Below are positions 51,712 through 64,000 of a stretch of DNA of 64,000 bases, piece after piece. The notes below the pieces were generated by a model. It was not told the DNA's origin. It made no database searches and saw nothing but the letters and a program-made list of their open reading frames with translations. Source of the DNA: Gnetum montanum (Eukaryota > Plantae > Gnetophyta); assembly GCA_015680685.1 (NCBI GenBank), contig MNCI01000970.1, positions 356,125 through 420,124 of the forward strand, given 5' to 3'. Within the stretch, counting starts at the first letter, position 1. The number at the start of each line of letters is the position of its first letter. A program made the position numbers and the translations under genes.

Positions 51712-54463
51712 TGTTGATACATTTAGCCATTTCATGGAGCAGCAAGATGATAAAATATGAATAAAGTCACAAGGGATATTCAAGAGAAATATACATGGTG
51801 TTTGTGGTTAAATGATATTTTATACTTTGATATTCAAGAAGAATAGTTGAAGGAAGATAAATTTTTTTTAATGATAAGGAAAATTTATCATGCTCCTTTG
51901 GAAAATGAAGGATGGAAAATAAGTGAAGAGGTAAAAGAACCGATCCTGTTTACGGGGGAATCAAGGAAAATATCAAAGTTAATAAGGAGTGAATAATGTT
52001 TTTATGACAAAAGAAAAAATAGACATAGTTCCAGCTCTTATGCACAATGGAAGATAGACACAGTTCTAGCTCTTATGCACAATGGAGAAGGAAAAATAAT
52101 CCAAAAGAATATTAGTTTTTCGTTGCCAAAAAAATGCAGGAATCGCGCAGAGGAATGCAAGGGTTTGTACCCTGAAATGGTTTGCTGTTACACAGAAAAT
52201 CGAATGTTCTTTTAACCTCAAACCAGCAGCATTTCTGCTGGCCACGTTGCGCTGAAATTTCTTTTGCAGGGACTCACTTCCGAATTCAAGTTTATGCAGT
52301 TAGTTTGCGCGCCGCCCCGTTTAAGCCAAAAACAAACATCGGTATTTAAACAGAAAAACAGTGAATCATAAACAACGTTGGACGCCCGTGTCAGGGCAAA
52401 CGGAGCCACTGAGACCTCCGCGCAGATGCCGTGCCACTGAATCTTCACCGGTAAGTTCTAAGACAAAAGCAAAAGGGTGCTCAACCGCGGCAATTGATCC
52501 GCGACGTGATGGCCCTAAAATCTGAAATCAATGGTGGAAATTTGAAAGAACAATTTACAAAAATGCGGAAGCACAGGAAGCCCTGGCAAATTTGGGGCAA
52601 AATAAATTAGTTCTTGCAACCGAAACCCTACGATTCAGGGCAATCTGTCCTGAGAATGAAGTCTGTTTCTAGATCTTCCTCCAGTAATCAGACGAAGTAA
52701 CGATGCCGGATGCAGCTGCTGAGCCTTCTCTCACGGTGGTGGTTGCTGACGATCCTGGAAAGAAGTGAGATATTTCAAGAATATTTGATAACTGTTCCAA
52801 GTTTAGCGCCCTTGCATTCGGGATTAAAGTTCGAATTTGGTTTCTTTTGGTCATTTTTTTTACATTATATTTAATAACAAGGTATCAATAACAACATTTA
52901 TTCCAAGGTAAATGTTGCATTATCACCTTGTTACTAAAACATTAAGAGCCTCATATTGATATATTTGTGAACCATTATATAGGATTGATGGAATTACTTT
53001 CAAAACAATATTTATTTATTCCCCAACCTCCTAACTTCTTAAGTTAAATACTTCCGAACTTGTTGGCCAAGTTACTTGGGAGTAAAGTTAGCTAGGATGT
53101 TTAGTAAGTAATCTCCTATTGGTTGGCCAAGTTGCTTGGGAGTAAAGTTAGCTAGGATAATTAGTAAGTAATCTCCTATTGGTTGTCCAAGTTACTTAGG
53201 AGAGAAGTTAGGCAAGATATTTTTAAAAATGTAACTTCCCTACCTACCTTGGAATCCTATAAATAGGCTTCAAGGGGAGACCAAGGAGGAGATCATTGAA
53301 CATCATTGGAGCATCATCATCACACTTGGAAGATTTGTAAAGAAGATTGTTTGCAAGATGGCTTGCTAGAATAAAGATTTCAGCCTCTTTGTCATGGTCC
53401 TGTGAGTTATGCATTTCATTTTTTGTTTTGTTTAAATTGCTTAGCTAGTGGTTTAGATAGTATCATCCTTGGCAAGTAATTTTGGGATTTTTAGATTGCT
53501 CTTATTGTTCTTGTTGCCCGATAGAAATTTCTGTTAAAATTTTGCCATAGAAGCGCTAGTGAATAAAAGCCTTAAGAGCATTTTAGTAGTAAATTTCGTT
53601 ATTGTGCAACGTTTGGGAACTGCTATTGGGTTGTTGGAAGAGAGCCTCTGTTTGTAGTCACGCCGTGGAACAATTTAGTAGCCGAGAGGGTTCAGAAAAT
53701 CTTTGGTATTTTGATGGGACCAGAATAGCTTCTTTATCTTTAAAGTGATTTTCCGTGTTATTTCAATCAGAAATTGTCAAGTCTTTTAAAGGTTCTGTTT
53801 GAATGCAATCGTTGGCATCTATTGTCTAGTCAAAGTGGAGTCTCGTACGTGGTAGTTTACGCAGCGATTTTTGGTAGCACAGTAGGATTGTCTTGAAGAT
53901 ATTGCTTGGTTGAGCCTTGGAAGTTTGAACAATTCGTAGATATTGAATTTGGAATAGCTTTATTGCGAAGTGTTTACTCGTGTCATTTTACCTTGTTTAA
54001 ATATTTGAGGTCCACACAAATCTGCTTTCTTTTCTTTTCTGTCTATTTCCATTGAATCTTGCTCTATTTCTAGTTTTCTTGTGGAACTATCTCTCTCTCT
54101 GGGGAAAATTAGGAGTAGATTTGCGGAGTTGTGCTCAAATGTTTTTGCAAAATTTTACTTGTTACAAGCAGGTATTATAAGGACCGCGTAGACTAGGTAG
54201 TTGAACAAAATAGGAAACTTTCAATAACTCACAGTACTGGACAAAGTTGGCTGAATCTCTTTAAAGTAAGTCATTTGTAGTTCACACACAACGAAATTGT
54301 CACATTTCTCACAACCGCACGCCGCAACAGCACACACACATACTCACATTAACTACTGAGTTATTTGGAGGTATCTGGGCCTTGGTGTAGCCAGAGACCA
54401 GCAGGCACCTAAATCCTGTTCGAGGACACTCGTTGGCGGTCGCGTCCCAAACGGTCGCCAACA
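51712..54463 (+). mobile_element. Long solo LTR (2752 bp) of an unrelated family nested in the 3' LTR of element C
   Basis: Termini TGTTG...CAACA with perfect TSD ACAAT (51707-51711, 54464-54468). Removing it restores the host LTR sequence TGTAC..CAATAAAGATGAACT seen at 45409-45430. TATA CCTATAAATAGG near 53256. Confidence 0.9.
53062..53215. repeat. 60-bp tandem repeat (about 2.5 copies) just upstream of the TATA box of the nested solo LTR
   Basis: GTTGGCCAAGTT(A/G)CTTGGGAGTAAAGTTAGCTAGGAT..TTAGTAAGTAATCTCCTATTG repeats at 60-nt period. Confidence 0.9.
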
Positions 54464-55131
54464 ACAATAAAGATGAACTTTCTGATAAACCTTGCAACAT
54501 GTGGACTAAGCTAAATAGGATTTAATTATTGTTAAATGTTTAATTTCTTTCCTAGATAATTAATCTCTCTCAACCCTTGACTCCCCTAGTTAAGTGCACT
54601 TAGTATGATTGCTTCGAGCACGTGTGTAACACTTGGTAACCCAATAATGAGTAGCGTTTGGTAATCCCAGCAGCATTGCACTAGTTCAGGGTGTGTGCGG
54701 CAAGTGGGAATGGATACTAGTGCTAGGAAAATTAGAACTTAGTTAGTGAATAATTAATGAAAGTTAGTTATTTAGTTTTCTTCACCTTTCCCTATTAGCA
54801 TAGGCATTAAAAAGATAAAAGATACAAAAATCATATGCCTCAAGCTTACTTAACCATACAACCATGATAGTATAAGTAAGTTTGGGAAGACAACGATTGA
54901 TTAACCTTAAGTGTTCCATTAGGGCATGTAAGCACTTAGTCCTTGGAGTTCGACTGGATCACGCGTGAGACGCTTGTATTCGTATGGTTGAGTGTAGGGG
55001 TACCTCGCCACTCATTAGCAACTAAACTAATCTTTTTAAGAATCATAAAAAATCTAACATAACCATGTCAGTTCCTTTTTTGAGATCAAACTTATAAATC
55101 ATTTCTATGGAGAAACCTCTAAGAGGTATGA

Positions 55132-55215
55132 GGTGTTAGCTTAGTGGTAAGAATCATGGTTTAAAAAAATTAGGTCATATATTGAATTTTCATGGGCTAT
55201 ATAATTATGCAAAAA
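55132..55215 (+). mobile_element. tRNA-derived SINE-like repeat, copy 3 (decayed)
   Basis: Same head GGTGTTAGCTTAGTGGTAAG with a consensus A box (55137-55147); the B box is degenerate. Confidence 0.45.
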
Positions 55216-57522
55216 AAAATAAAAATCATAAAATATATTTTGAAACTAGTCTAACAAATCCAAAAGATCATAGTAGATATAAATAAAAATTGTGTTTACA
55301 TTTCATAGAATTAAACCTAGGTTGAGAATGAAACCCTATAGGTTAGTATAAAATTAAGCAACCTAAACATGATTATAATTTAAATTTATCTCACATATTT
55401 AATTTTTATATATACAAAATTTTTGATAGTAAAGTTACATTGACATAAAAGGATTGGAAGTAATCGTAGTTACAAATATCTAGAAACTAATTTGGTTTAA
55501 GAGGAAGAATACTAATAAAAAATTGAGAGGCCATCTTTTTCTATTATAATAACTCTTGTGATAGTGGTTCCTATTTACCATCTCATTATATCATATTCAT
55601 TAATAATATAAGTTAAACCAATATTATTTTCTTCCCTAGTTAAAATGCCAAGCATTTTTTATACTAGTAGCACATAAAGAAATCCTTTCAAGTTTACTAA
55701 ATATATTATACCAATTTCATGGAAGGATATTTAGGACATAAAGTTATCAAGATGCATAATCAAAGTTTCTTCGTATAGATAAATTGATAACACAAACATA
55801 AAAAATAAGGTTTTCTTTTAATTTATATGATTAAAAGGTCTTAAATTAACTTTAAAGGTTAATTAATACCCATGGATCTATATGTTTTAACAATACTATG
55901 ATACACCAAACTATCTACTTGAAGAATGGTTTAGTTGTTAAGTCTCAAGGTTTTATAAATCAATAAAGGCCTTAAAGCCAAGCAATGAAAAGTTTTAGAA
56001 ATTAATATTGATAATAAAACTAGTTGATAATTAGAAATAAAGCTTAGATCTAATGGCTAGACAAAAAGTTAGGTTTCTATAATAGAGGTAAAATTCATGA
56101 TTTTGTTCATAAATTAGAATGCTAGATTTTTATTTATGAAAAGTTAGCTAGTGAAACTCATTTAATTAAATTCAAAAGGAAGTTATTTGGCATTTACATG
56201 TAAAGTTTGAGTGTTTTCCAAAGCTAGAGAAAGTTTATAATATTCAATGCAAAATGCTAACAATTCTCAATTTCCCATACATACACAAAAGATGTTTTGA
56301 CTAGCTTGGAATCTCCCCCTACCCTTAAAGTTGTTTTAACTCGTTTTCCTTTCAAATGTCTAGGGCATCTTTTATTTAGGAATGCCAACTCCTAAAATGA
56401 CTAATCAAAACTAAGGAATTAAAAATCTAAGAATATGTTTTAACTTGCTTTCCTTCAAAAATGCTCATCCGTAAAATGACTTGTTCATTAAGGAATTAAG
56501 AATCTAAGAATATCTTGGAATTAAAAAATTTTCATATGAAAAATCTATGTCCACGTTGCTGTTGGGAACACCAAGAAAATGTTTGTAGGTTAAGAAACCA
56601 GAATGAAAATCAAGATACAAAATTTTGGCATAAAAAAGCTAAATTTATTCAACTAAACTTGAAACTTAAACCTCAAAAGAAAGTCATATTCTTTTAGAAA
56701 TATTAGTTTGTATTTCTAATTTTTAATCACCCAGCAACATTAACTATAGTGCAAAATGTGATGAAAATGAAAAAACCTAAGTCACAGTGTAGAATTGATG
56801 AAAATGGAAAAAGATAAGTGATGGTAGAGATGCAGCCCATTGAAGAATTAGCACAAAGTCTAGATGCCCATGAATTTTCATACTTCTACCTCTATATTAA
56901 AAAAGATTTCAAAAGAAAAAAATCAGTCACCAAAATATATATTATTTTCATCTGATAATAATGTTGCTCTTTTGTTATTTAAATGATTATAAAAAGGATA
57001 AGGATGCAAATTATTTATTATACATGTATACTTCTATACTCTGAAAATTACTGCTACCCAGCTATATAAAGTCAATCCCATAGATTGAAAATTCCTATCA
57101 GATTCATAAGTCCGCACCTCTTTTTATAAATTGGATCCTACCAACCTGGAACAAATGCGTATAAAAATCTGATTAAAATGGTCAATATTGATAAAAGAAA
57201 GCAGTTATATCCATTTATGTTGGCAGGAGCATTTTTCATTTGTTTCTATCTAAGAGCTCAGTTAAAGTGGAAAATCTAATATAGAAATTTTAATTTTTGT
57301 CTGGCATTAGCAATGTGCAATATGTTAAACTTTAAAAAATCAATAAAAATATAGCATTATTTATTAGATTAAATGTTAGATCTGATTTTTTGGATTCCTG
57401 AAACTATGGTCAACCGTTCCTGTTTTCAGCTTCAAATAAAATTGAATTTTTAAAGTTGCATCTTACCTGAAAAATGCCGCAAACCCGGCAAGATTTTGTT
57501 ACAATTGATCAAAACTTAACAA

Positions 57523-57612
57523 TAACAATCTCAGTAGTGATAAAATTTTGTCAGATTTTTTGAAAACGGTAACAATCTCAGTAGTAATAAGATTTTGTCA
57601 GATTTTTTTGAG
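57523..57612. repeat. 47-bp tandem duplication upstream of the secreted-protein gene
   Basis: TAACAATCTCAGTAGT(G/A)ATAA(A/G)ATTTTGTCAGATTTTTT occurs twice. Confidence 0.8.
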
Positions 57613-57773
57613 AGGAAGAGGAGCAGAGAATGAAGGGTGGGTAGTTGTTGCATCTTGATGAATACTAATAGCATTTTCCTCGTGGGTGGATCGGATTCGA
57701 CATCATCTGCATGCAACTGAAAAAACACACCCTGCTGACATAGCTAAAATAGTAAACTAGGTCTACCAAGGCC

Positions 57774-57780
57774 TATAAAA
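57774..57780 (+). promoter_or_regulatory. TATA box of the 57850 gene
   Basis: CCTATAAAA about 75 nt upstream of the ATG, followed by an A-rich leader with a (GAGGA)n tract (57817-57843). Confidence 0.6.
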
Positions 57781-57849
57781 CAAAACACAAAGCATTGTAT
57801 CATAACTCACAAATAAGAGGAGAGGAGAGGAGAGGAGAGGAGAAAAGAA

Positions 57850-58389
57850 ATGGCCAAGACTTATTTGCTGATTTGGGCAATTACAGCGTTGGTGGTGGTG
57901 ATGATACATGGAGTAAGCAGCAGCAGCGATGATGCCAAGCAAGTTTTGAATAGGAAAGCCAAAGCCTTCAATGATAATAATAATAACAAAATGCCGATGG
58001 TGATGGCAGTGGTAGTGAAAGATGATGAAAGCGTTGGAGAAGCGTTACAAGATGCACTGGCAGGATTACAGAACATGACCAATGTGGCACAGGGCTTGCT
58101 CAACGACCCCGAAATGGGTACTTGTGCAGAGGATGTTGCGGCTCTGGCAACTCTTGTAATAGACGCTGTTGCTCGTCTAAGGACAGGGAGTGGGCTTTAT
58201 GTTTTGTTCGAAGACATCATCTCTCTCCTCCGCACAAAAAACGCCGTGAAGAATGATTGCCAGAAATTCTTGGAGGATCCTAACGATCCTAATGCTGTTG
58301 CGCTCTTAGAGGAGTACCACAAGATTAAGAAAGTAATCCACGCTCTTATGGATCAGTTTCACCTTTCATTGCAGAATTCACTCAATTAA
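57850..58389 (+). CDS. Intronless 179-aa secreted helical protein, possibly a divergent PMEI/invertase-inhibitor-like four-helix bundle
   Basis: Intact GC-richer ORF in good start context (GAAATGG), with a hydrophobic signal peptide (MAKTYLLIWAITALVVVMIHGVSS), two cysteines (C92, C137) and amphipathic helices. TATA upstream and AATAAA near 58487. Confidence 0.8.
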   Translation: MAKTYLLIWAITALVVVMIHGVSSSSDDAKQVLNRKAKAFNDNNNNKMPMVMAVVVKDDESVGEALQDALAGLQNMTNVAQGLLNDPEMGTCAEDVAALATLVIDAVARLRTGSGLYVLFEDIISLLRTKNAVKNDCQKFLEDPNDPNAVALLEEYHKIKKVIHALMDQFHLSLQNSLN

Positions 58390-60279
58390 TTTTTACCTTT
58401 TACTCTCCTCTCATGTATCATGTATATATATGTTTGTTGTACTATTATAGCTTGCATATGCAAGATGTTTCCCTCATGCTATACTAAATAAAGGGAAAAC
58501 CTGTCTCTCCAGGTACAACATACCTGAAATATGAATCATTAAAGATAAAAGGCTACTATTTCTTTTGTTCAACCTATAACAAAATTTTTATAATGTTTCA
58601 AAAAAATATGATTGTTAATCAAATTTAAATGAAAAATATTCAACGGCACTAAGAATAGTGAAAACAGATAAGAGACGCCTGATCTGACCTGGACTGGACG
58701 TCAAGCAGGGGCTGTGCTTTTCTTTCTGCCCAGAGAAAACCTGTAAACAAGAATATCAGTACCTTTCCATGGACGTCAAAGCACTGAAGTAGTAACAAAA
58801 TTTTTATGGAGAAATTTTTAAATAGAGTTTACCTTTCTATGGTTCATTGAGTTTGTTGATTTATAACTATAGAGTAGTTAATTTGTTAGCAGATTCAGGC
58901 TTTCCAGAAACCTGAACCATTGCCATTACCTCATAGGCATAGGCAGACTTTCCTTGAACAGGCCCTGTAAATGTCTTCCTATATTGGGTTCCAGCTTTGT
59001 GTTCTATTTATTGCACCAGATGGCAAGTGTTCACCTACTGTCGCATTAATATGCACAGCTTTAAAGTTCGTTAGAGAGCAATAATTTAAGTCCATATGCA
59101 CAACTTCACAGTTCCTTTCAAAGCAATAATTAAGTTCATAATCAAACTGAGTTTTGTATAACATTATCATTCCGCCTTTGAAACATGTGATGGCATCCTC
59201 TATGAATGAGTTAAAAAAGAATATCACAACACTTACTTTAATCTTGAATAAAGACAAAGGATCATGTACAAGAGGTGTCAATAAAAGTTTAGTAACAACC
59301 ATCAATGTGTAAAGTGTCTTTAATATATTTTTTGGTATCATATTCTTGTTTTCATCAAATGGGAAAAAAAATAGAAATCGAAAACCTTATAACTTTTAAC
59401 CTATTTTACTAAAAGATTTAACCTAGCTGAAGGTCTCTCTAGGTAAAATACAATCTTCATTTGATGTTCATTCAAAACAAAAGATCCCTTTAGTTATTCC
59501 CACATGCTAACTTCAGTATCAAGCTTTAGAGAAAAGGGATAAATGTTACATTTCATTCAAACAAATAAACAAGAAGTTGTCAATATGAGGTCTATATATA
59601 CTTAGCACTATATAGAAAATTGTTAGTATAAGGAATTGGAAGTTATCATCATCATACTCCCACAGTGGATTTCCAAATTGTGGCCAAGTTTGCCCATAAT
59701 CAACAACCCTTACATTTGGTCATCTTTGTTTCATAGATTTTCTTAGCCTTGTATATCAACATTATGGTTTACCGTGATGTTTGTACTCCATCATCATAGT
59801 GGAATCCTTTATCTTTACAATGTAATGTTCTTGATGGTGTCTCATTTTGCGGTGTCTATTTTTGTGGGTTTGCAACATCAATAATGGGCGAGATTTTCAT
59901 TCCTGCAAGTAGTAACAACTCATATACATTATGAAAATTTTTTCTTTTGATCTAGAATGGACCAATTCTCCTAGGTTACATTTTTTCATATCTTTGGTGA
60001 ATTTGATTTCATCTTAACTACATCATAACTACATTTCATTATTTGAATAGCACTTTTCTTTGGTATGCATAGTTGAAACTTTATACTTTTCTATAACATC
60101 CTCCATATGCATTCTTACCGTGATGTGAAACTACTATATGTTCAGCTTTGTTTCCATCTCTTACATGCTAGTAGATCCTATTACCTCATTGGTCCCATTA
60201 GCTAAAGTTTCCAATGGTATTTTTCTATCAAATTTCACTACATACAATAGGGAGGGGGGTGTGGACCCCAAAAATTAAG

Positions 60280-62740
60280 TATATTAAAAGTATAAAAAAC
60301 CAGAGTATAAAAGAGAGGCTAGAGATAGAGGAGAAACATCAAAGCAAAAAGGAAGAAAGGCCAAACAGACTTGGGGAGGCCTCAACATGTAAACATCCTT
60401 AAAACCAAACCTAAAAACCTCTCCACAGGGGAAGGAAAAGGGGATAAAAAAGGACCAAGTTAAAAAGCAACAAACAAGAAAACAAAAGAGAAAAAAAATA
60501 ATTCAAGGACTCAGCTAGAGCATTAGCTGTTGAACAATGTCTCCTTGAACCAGCAAAGGGAGAATATTAGCAGGAGAATCTCTTTGAAAAAACACATTAT
60601 ATTGAAACTTCCAAATGGCATGAAGGATAAGGGGATGAAAGCAACACCAAGTATAGAGCAAAGATTCTTGAAGTTGAGGAGTGTTACCAAATAAAGCTTT
60701 ATCTAGTCTTTGCTGAAAACCCTATAAATACCTGCTACACCAAGTCCAAGAGTTGTGAGCAAGGGGATAAGTAAAAAAACCAATGGGTAAATGTATCTTC
60801 CCTATCACAAATAGGACATTTGGGATCAAGAACACTCAAATGAGAGCATCAAATACCAATAGGTAAACCTTGGTGAACCAAATACCATAGAAAATGTCTA
60901 ATCTTTGAAGGAGTAGGAGCAGTCCAAATCATTTGAATAGGTTGCTTTCAAACCTATACATTGAGATTAACCTTCCAAAGATGGTTGAATCTTGGCCAAA
61001 TATTAGTATTAGAACTAATAAGAAAATACACAATCTTAGAATAATAAGAAAAAACCTGATGATCATTACTCTAAGAAAAATCAAGAAAACCATTATGAGA
61101 ATCCTGAATAGCAACATTTTTATTAAAGCTAACCATAATATCAAAAAAGGTGAATTTTTTATAAGCATTGATACCATAAAGATACTCACACTCAAGCCAA
61201 GTGATCCAACGATTATGTAAGCGAAGGGATGAAAGGTAGGGGATGTCAAGCTTGCTCCAAGCACTACAAAGACAAGGACACTTAATAACCCAAGGTTCAT
61301 TATTAATGGGAAGCCACCAAGGAGAAATCTTATCTAGCAGAGAGGAAGAAATAGTAGTATTATTAGAGTTCCAAAAATAACTAATAAAACTCCAAGCCTT
61401 CCACATGTCCTTGACACCAGAAATAGTAATACCTTTAGGAAAAAGGATCTAGTTAGAAATGAATAATTTTCCAATAAATACGACCTTTAGGCTTTCACAT
61501 CTGAATGTGCTTAAGGAAAAGAAGCTTCCAAGGCTCATAACTAGATAAGCATTTGGCCACCCACTTGGCATATAAAATAATATCTTTCTTATAGTAGTTT
61601 AGAAGTCCTAAGCCATCATTCTCTTTGCGGAAGGTGCAAATGTTCCAAGCAACTTGACAAAATCCTTTCTTAGAATGGCTACTATTCCAAAGAAAAATTC
61701 TAACAAGTTGATCAATGCAACAATATGCAAAAAAACTAAGAGCCCAATACAAAGAATAATACACATGAGTAGCCTTGATGATATGCTTACAAACAATAAA
61801 CTTGCTAGCCATAGAAAGATTCTTCTCCTTCCAGTTGATAAGTTTTTTTTCAATTTTCTTCACCATAACATCCCATAAAGTATTTGAAGATATAGCAATG
61901 GAAAAGAAAATTCCCAGCAACTTGAAAAGATGATCCTTTTCTAAAAACTACCGAGATCTAGAAAAAGCCCAATCTTGAATCCACTTATTGAAAAAGATTA
62001 AAGATTTGAACCAATTAATCTGGGAGCCAAAGAGCCTATAATATTGATCAACACGATAACAAATATGATCAGCAATAACTTTTTTTTCTTAATCATAAAA
62101 AAGGAGTCAGTAAGAAAGGAACATTATAATCAATGAAAATGCATTGAAGCAAATTCTGTTCCTTGTCCTTATGAATAATATGACTTAAGAAATCAACAAC
62201 AAGGATGAAGATATAAGGAGCAAAGGATAACCTTGCCTAACTAAGCGCTCATGCTTAAAAAAATTAGTGAAGCTAACATTAGTATCCATAAGGGCATTTG
62301 CATTAGCAAAGAGAGTCTCCACTATCCTAATAAATTTTTCATTAAAACCATATTTGCGAAGGTAGGAAATAATAAGTTTCCATTTAAGTTTATCATATGC
62401 TTTAGCATAAGCAAGCTTAAGAAAATGTATGTTCTAATTGGAATCCTTAGTCAATTGCATACCCTCCTAGGCCATAGCAACATTATCAAGAATACATCTG
62501 CCTTTGATAAAAACTAGTTTTCCCTAGGGTAATTAACTAAGTAATAATTGACTTTAATATTCTAGCAAGAAATTTGGCCAAAATTTTATAAACAAAATTT
62601 AGGAGAGTAATAGGACATCAATTACCAATCAAAGAGAGATCACCTTCCTTAAGAATAAGACAAATGGCACCTTTATGAAGCACAGGTCCTAGAGTTTGAT
62701 TCTACAAACCATGTCATCACTTTTCATAACAAGTGTATAC
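60280..62740 (-). mobile_element. 5'-truncated, decayed L1-clade LINE (ORF2 RT and C-terminal zf-RVT region)
   Basis: GAICLILKEGD..CPITLLNFVYKILAKFLARI; KKIEKKLINWKEKNLSMASK..RIFLW..VAWNICTFRKENDGLGL..LYAKW; FLWYLVHQGLP..CPICDRED. Boundaries are approximate. Confidence 0.85.
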
Positions 62741-62919
62741 TACTAATAAACTATTCTTATAAAATCCTAAGGTTCTTCTGTAACTCCTTGATAGTAAAGA
62801 AATTTAAATGATATATATCACTTCCTTATGGTTCAATCACTTCAATAGAGCCACTATTTATAGTATGTTTTTCTTTTATTTTTAGGAGGGGAAGGGTGGG
62901 GATGGGGAAGTGGGATATG

Positions 62920-63062
62920 TGTGGGGGGTGCTAGCACACAAAATAAATGAAATATAGGTATACCCCAAGATCTATAGAAGTTTATAATTCAATGCTACCT
63001 AGTAGAATCAAACATGTGACTTGGGGTTGCTAAGTCAAGACACATAGCACTAGGCTAACACC
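62920..63062 (-). mobile_element. tRNA-derived SINE-like repeat, copy 4
   Basis: Minus-strand head GGTGTTAGCCTAGTG at 63062, B-box-like GTTTGATTCT (63004-63013), and a body matching 625-720. Confidence 0.55.
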
Positions 63063-63389
63063 TTATCGTTATTTATATAGTTTTTTCTCTTAAAAAGTTC
63101 AACTATGACATTAGCAAGAGTAGTACTCTACAAAAGCTCTTAGTAATGAAACAAGGGGTTAATATGATCATCACCAATTTCATATCATTAAGGAAGTTCA
63201 CAATAATGGAGCTTACCAATTCACTGCTAGATAAATAGTTTCTAAATATTTTTAAAAGAGTCATTAATGATTATATAAAGGAAAAGCTATTGTATTTTGG
63301 ACCAGTTAATCTTTATTATGCAATCACATTAGTTAAACATATTGAACAGTTAGCTATGCAATAGAGTGATCCTAAATGGGTAGGCTTAT

Positions 63390-64000
63390 TGATGAGACAT
63401 GAAATTGCTCATATTGCTGGCGGTTGCGTTAAGGCACCCACGATAAGGCACCCACGTTATATCATGGGTCGCGATATCGCATATGCGATATATCATGGGC
63501 CACGATATCGCGTCTTCCCCGCAATATCACGTACGCGATATCGCAGTCAGACGTAATTTCTATAAATAAGAGGCGGCTCTCCCTCATTTGCATCCCAGTT
63601 TTAGAGTAGCGAAGCTCTGGCAGTTTGATCCCTCCAGAGTTAGTTTTTTTTCCCGTGTTTGCCCGTAGTGTGGTGAATGTAATTGTACGGTGTCTTTATT
63701 TGAGTGTGCCGTACTTGGGCACACACATGACCGGCAATAAAGATCAAGATTACTTCATCATTGCAGCATTCACTTAGTTTATTTATTTGTTATTTATTTA
63801 ATGTTATTTATTGCTTTCATAGCGCGGTGTGAGTACGACTTGGCTACGAGCGCCCATGGGTGTGTACAGCTAGTCAAGGAATCAGTTACTCATCGCGATT
63901 AGTCTCTCACCCTTAAACTCCTAGAAGCGGAATGAGTACGACTTAATTATGAGCATTTAAGTGTGACTACTTGGTAGCCTAGTGGTGTATCCAGGATCTA
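63390..64000 (+). mobile_element. LTR of the Athila-like family, truncated by the window end
   Basis: Begins TGATGAG, has a GCGATATCGC array and TATAAATAAGAGGCGG, and downstream blocks match 33800-34170 and the element B LTR. Confidence 0.9.

Larger units (their letters stand above)
45173..55017 (+). mobile_element. Full-length non-autonomous Athila-like LTR element C (Gag+protease only): 5' LTR 45173-45968, PBS 45970-45987, PPT about 51441-51450, 3' LTR 51451-51711 + 54464-55017
   Basis: Termini TGATGAG...CTCATCA (3' end mutated to CTCATTA); PBS TGGTGCCATTGTCGGGGA; PPT junction CATTGGGGTA|TGATGAG. The internal region is collinear with element B. Flanks GAAAT/GCAAC are only a 3-of-5 TSD match. 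Confidence 0.9.

Noticed and set aside
16007-55017. Idea that the gag-less Tat pol and the pol-less Gag-protease elements form one bipartite retroelement
   Set aside because: LTR termini (TGAAACA vs TGATGAG), PPTs and lineage markers (Tat aRH vs Athila-type PBS and protease) differ, and no shared cis sequence was seen.
59400-60250. Possible retroelement gag fragment (GKLGH-like or NPLWEYDDD reading)
   Set aside because: Frames are broken and the motifs are too short to distinguish from chance.

Overview
This is AT-rich, CpG-depleted land-plant nuclear DNA with one 343-nt N gap (38287-38629). It holds two host genes: an 11-exon TOM40 gene (2031-8787, 358 aa) and an intronless 179-aa secreted-protein ORF (57850-58389). 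The rest is mostly decayed retroelements: (i) a solo LTR in TOM40 intron 6; (ii) a SIRE-like Ty1/copia remnant; (iii) two inverted copies of a Tat/Ogre-type Ty3 element (16007-33414), whose RT-RH-aRH-INT region has no adjacent gag/protease, follows a conserved splice acceptor, and lies back-to-back with a spliced, decayed gene carrying an FCP1/NIF phosphatase-like domain; (iv) an Athila-like family encoding only Gag and protease, present as two complete copies head-to-head 37 bp apart, one solo LTR and one LTR running off the end; (v) a 2.75-kb solo LTR nested in one of those copies; (vi) an L1 remnant; (vii) four copies of a tRNA-derived SINE-like repeat. The best candidate for a new system is the Tat/Ogre element with a divergent spliced FCP1-like cargo gene and a gag-uncoupled pol. 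All alignments and family calls were made by eye and from remembered motifs; none were computed.
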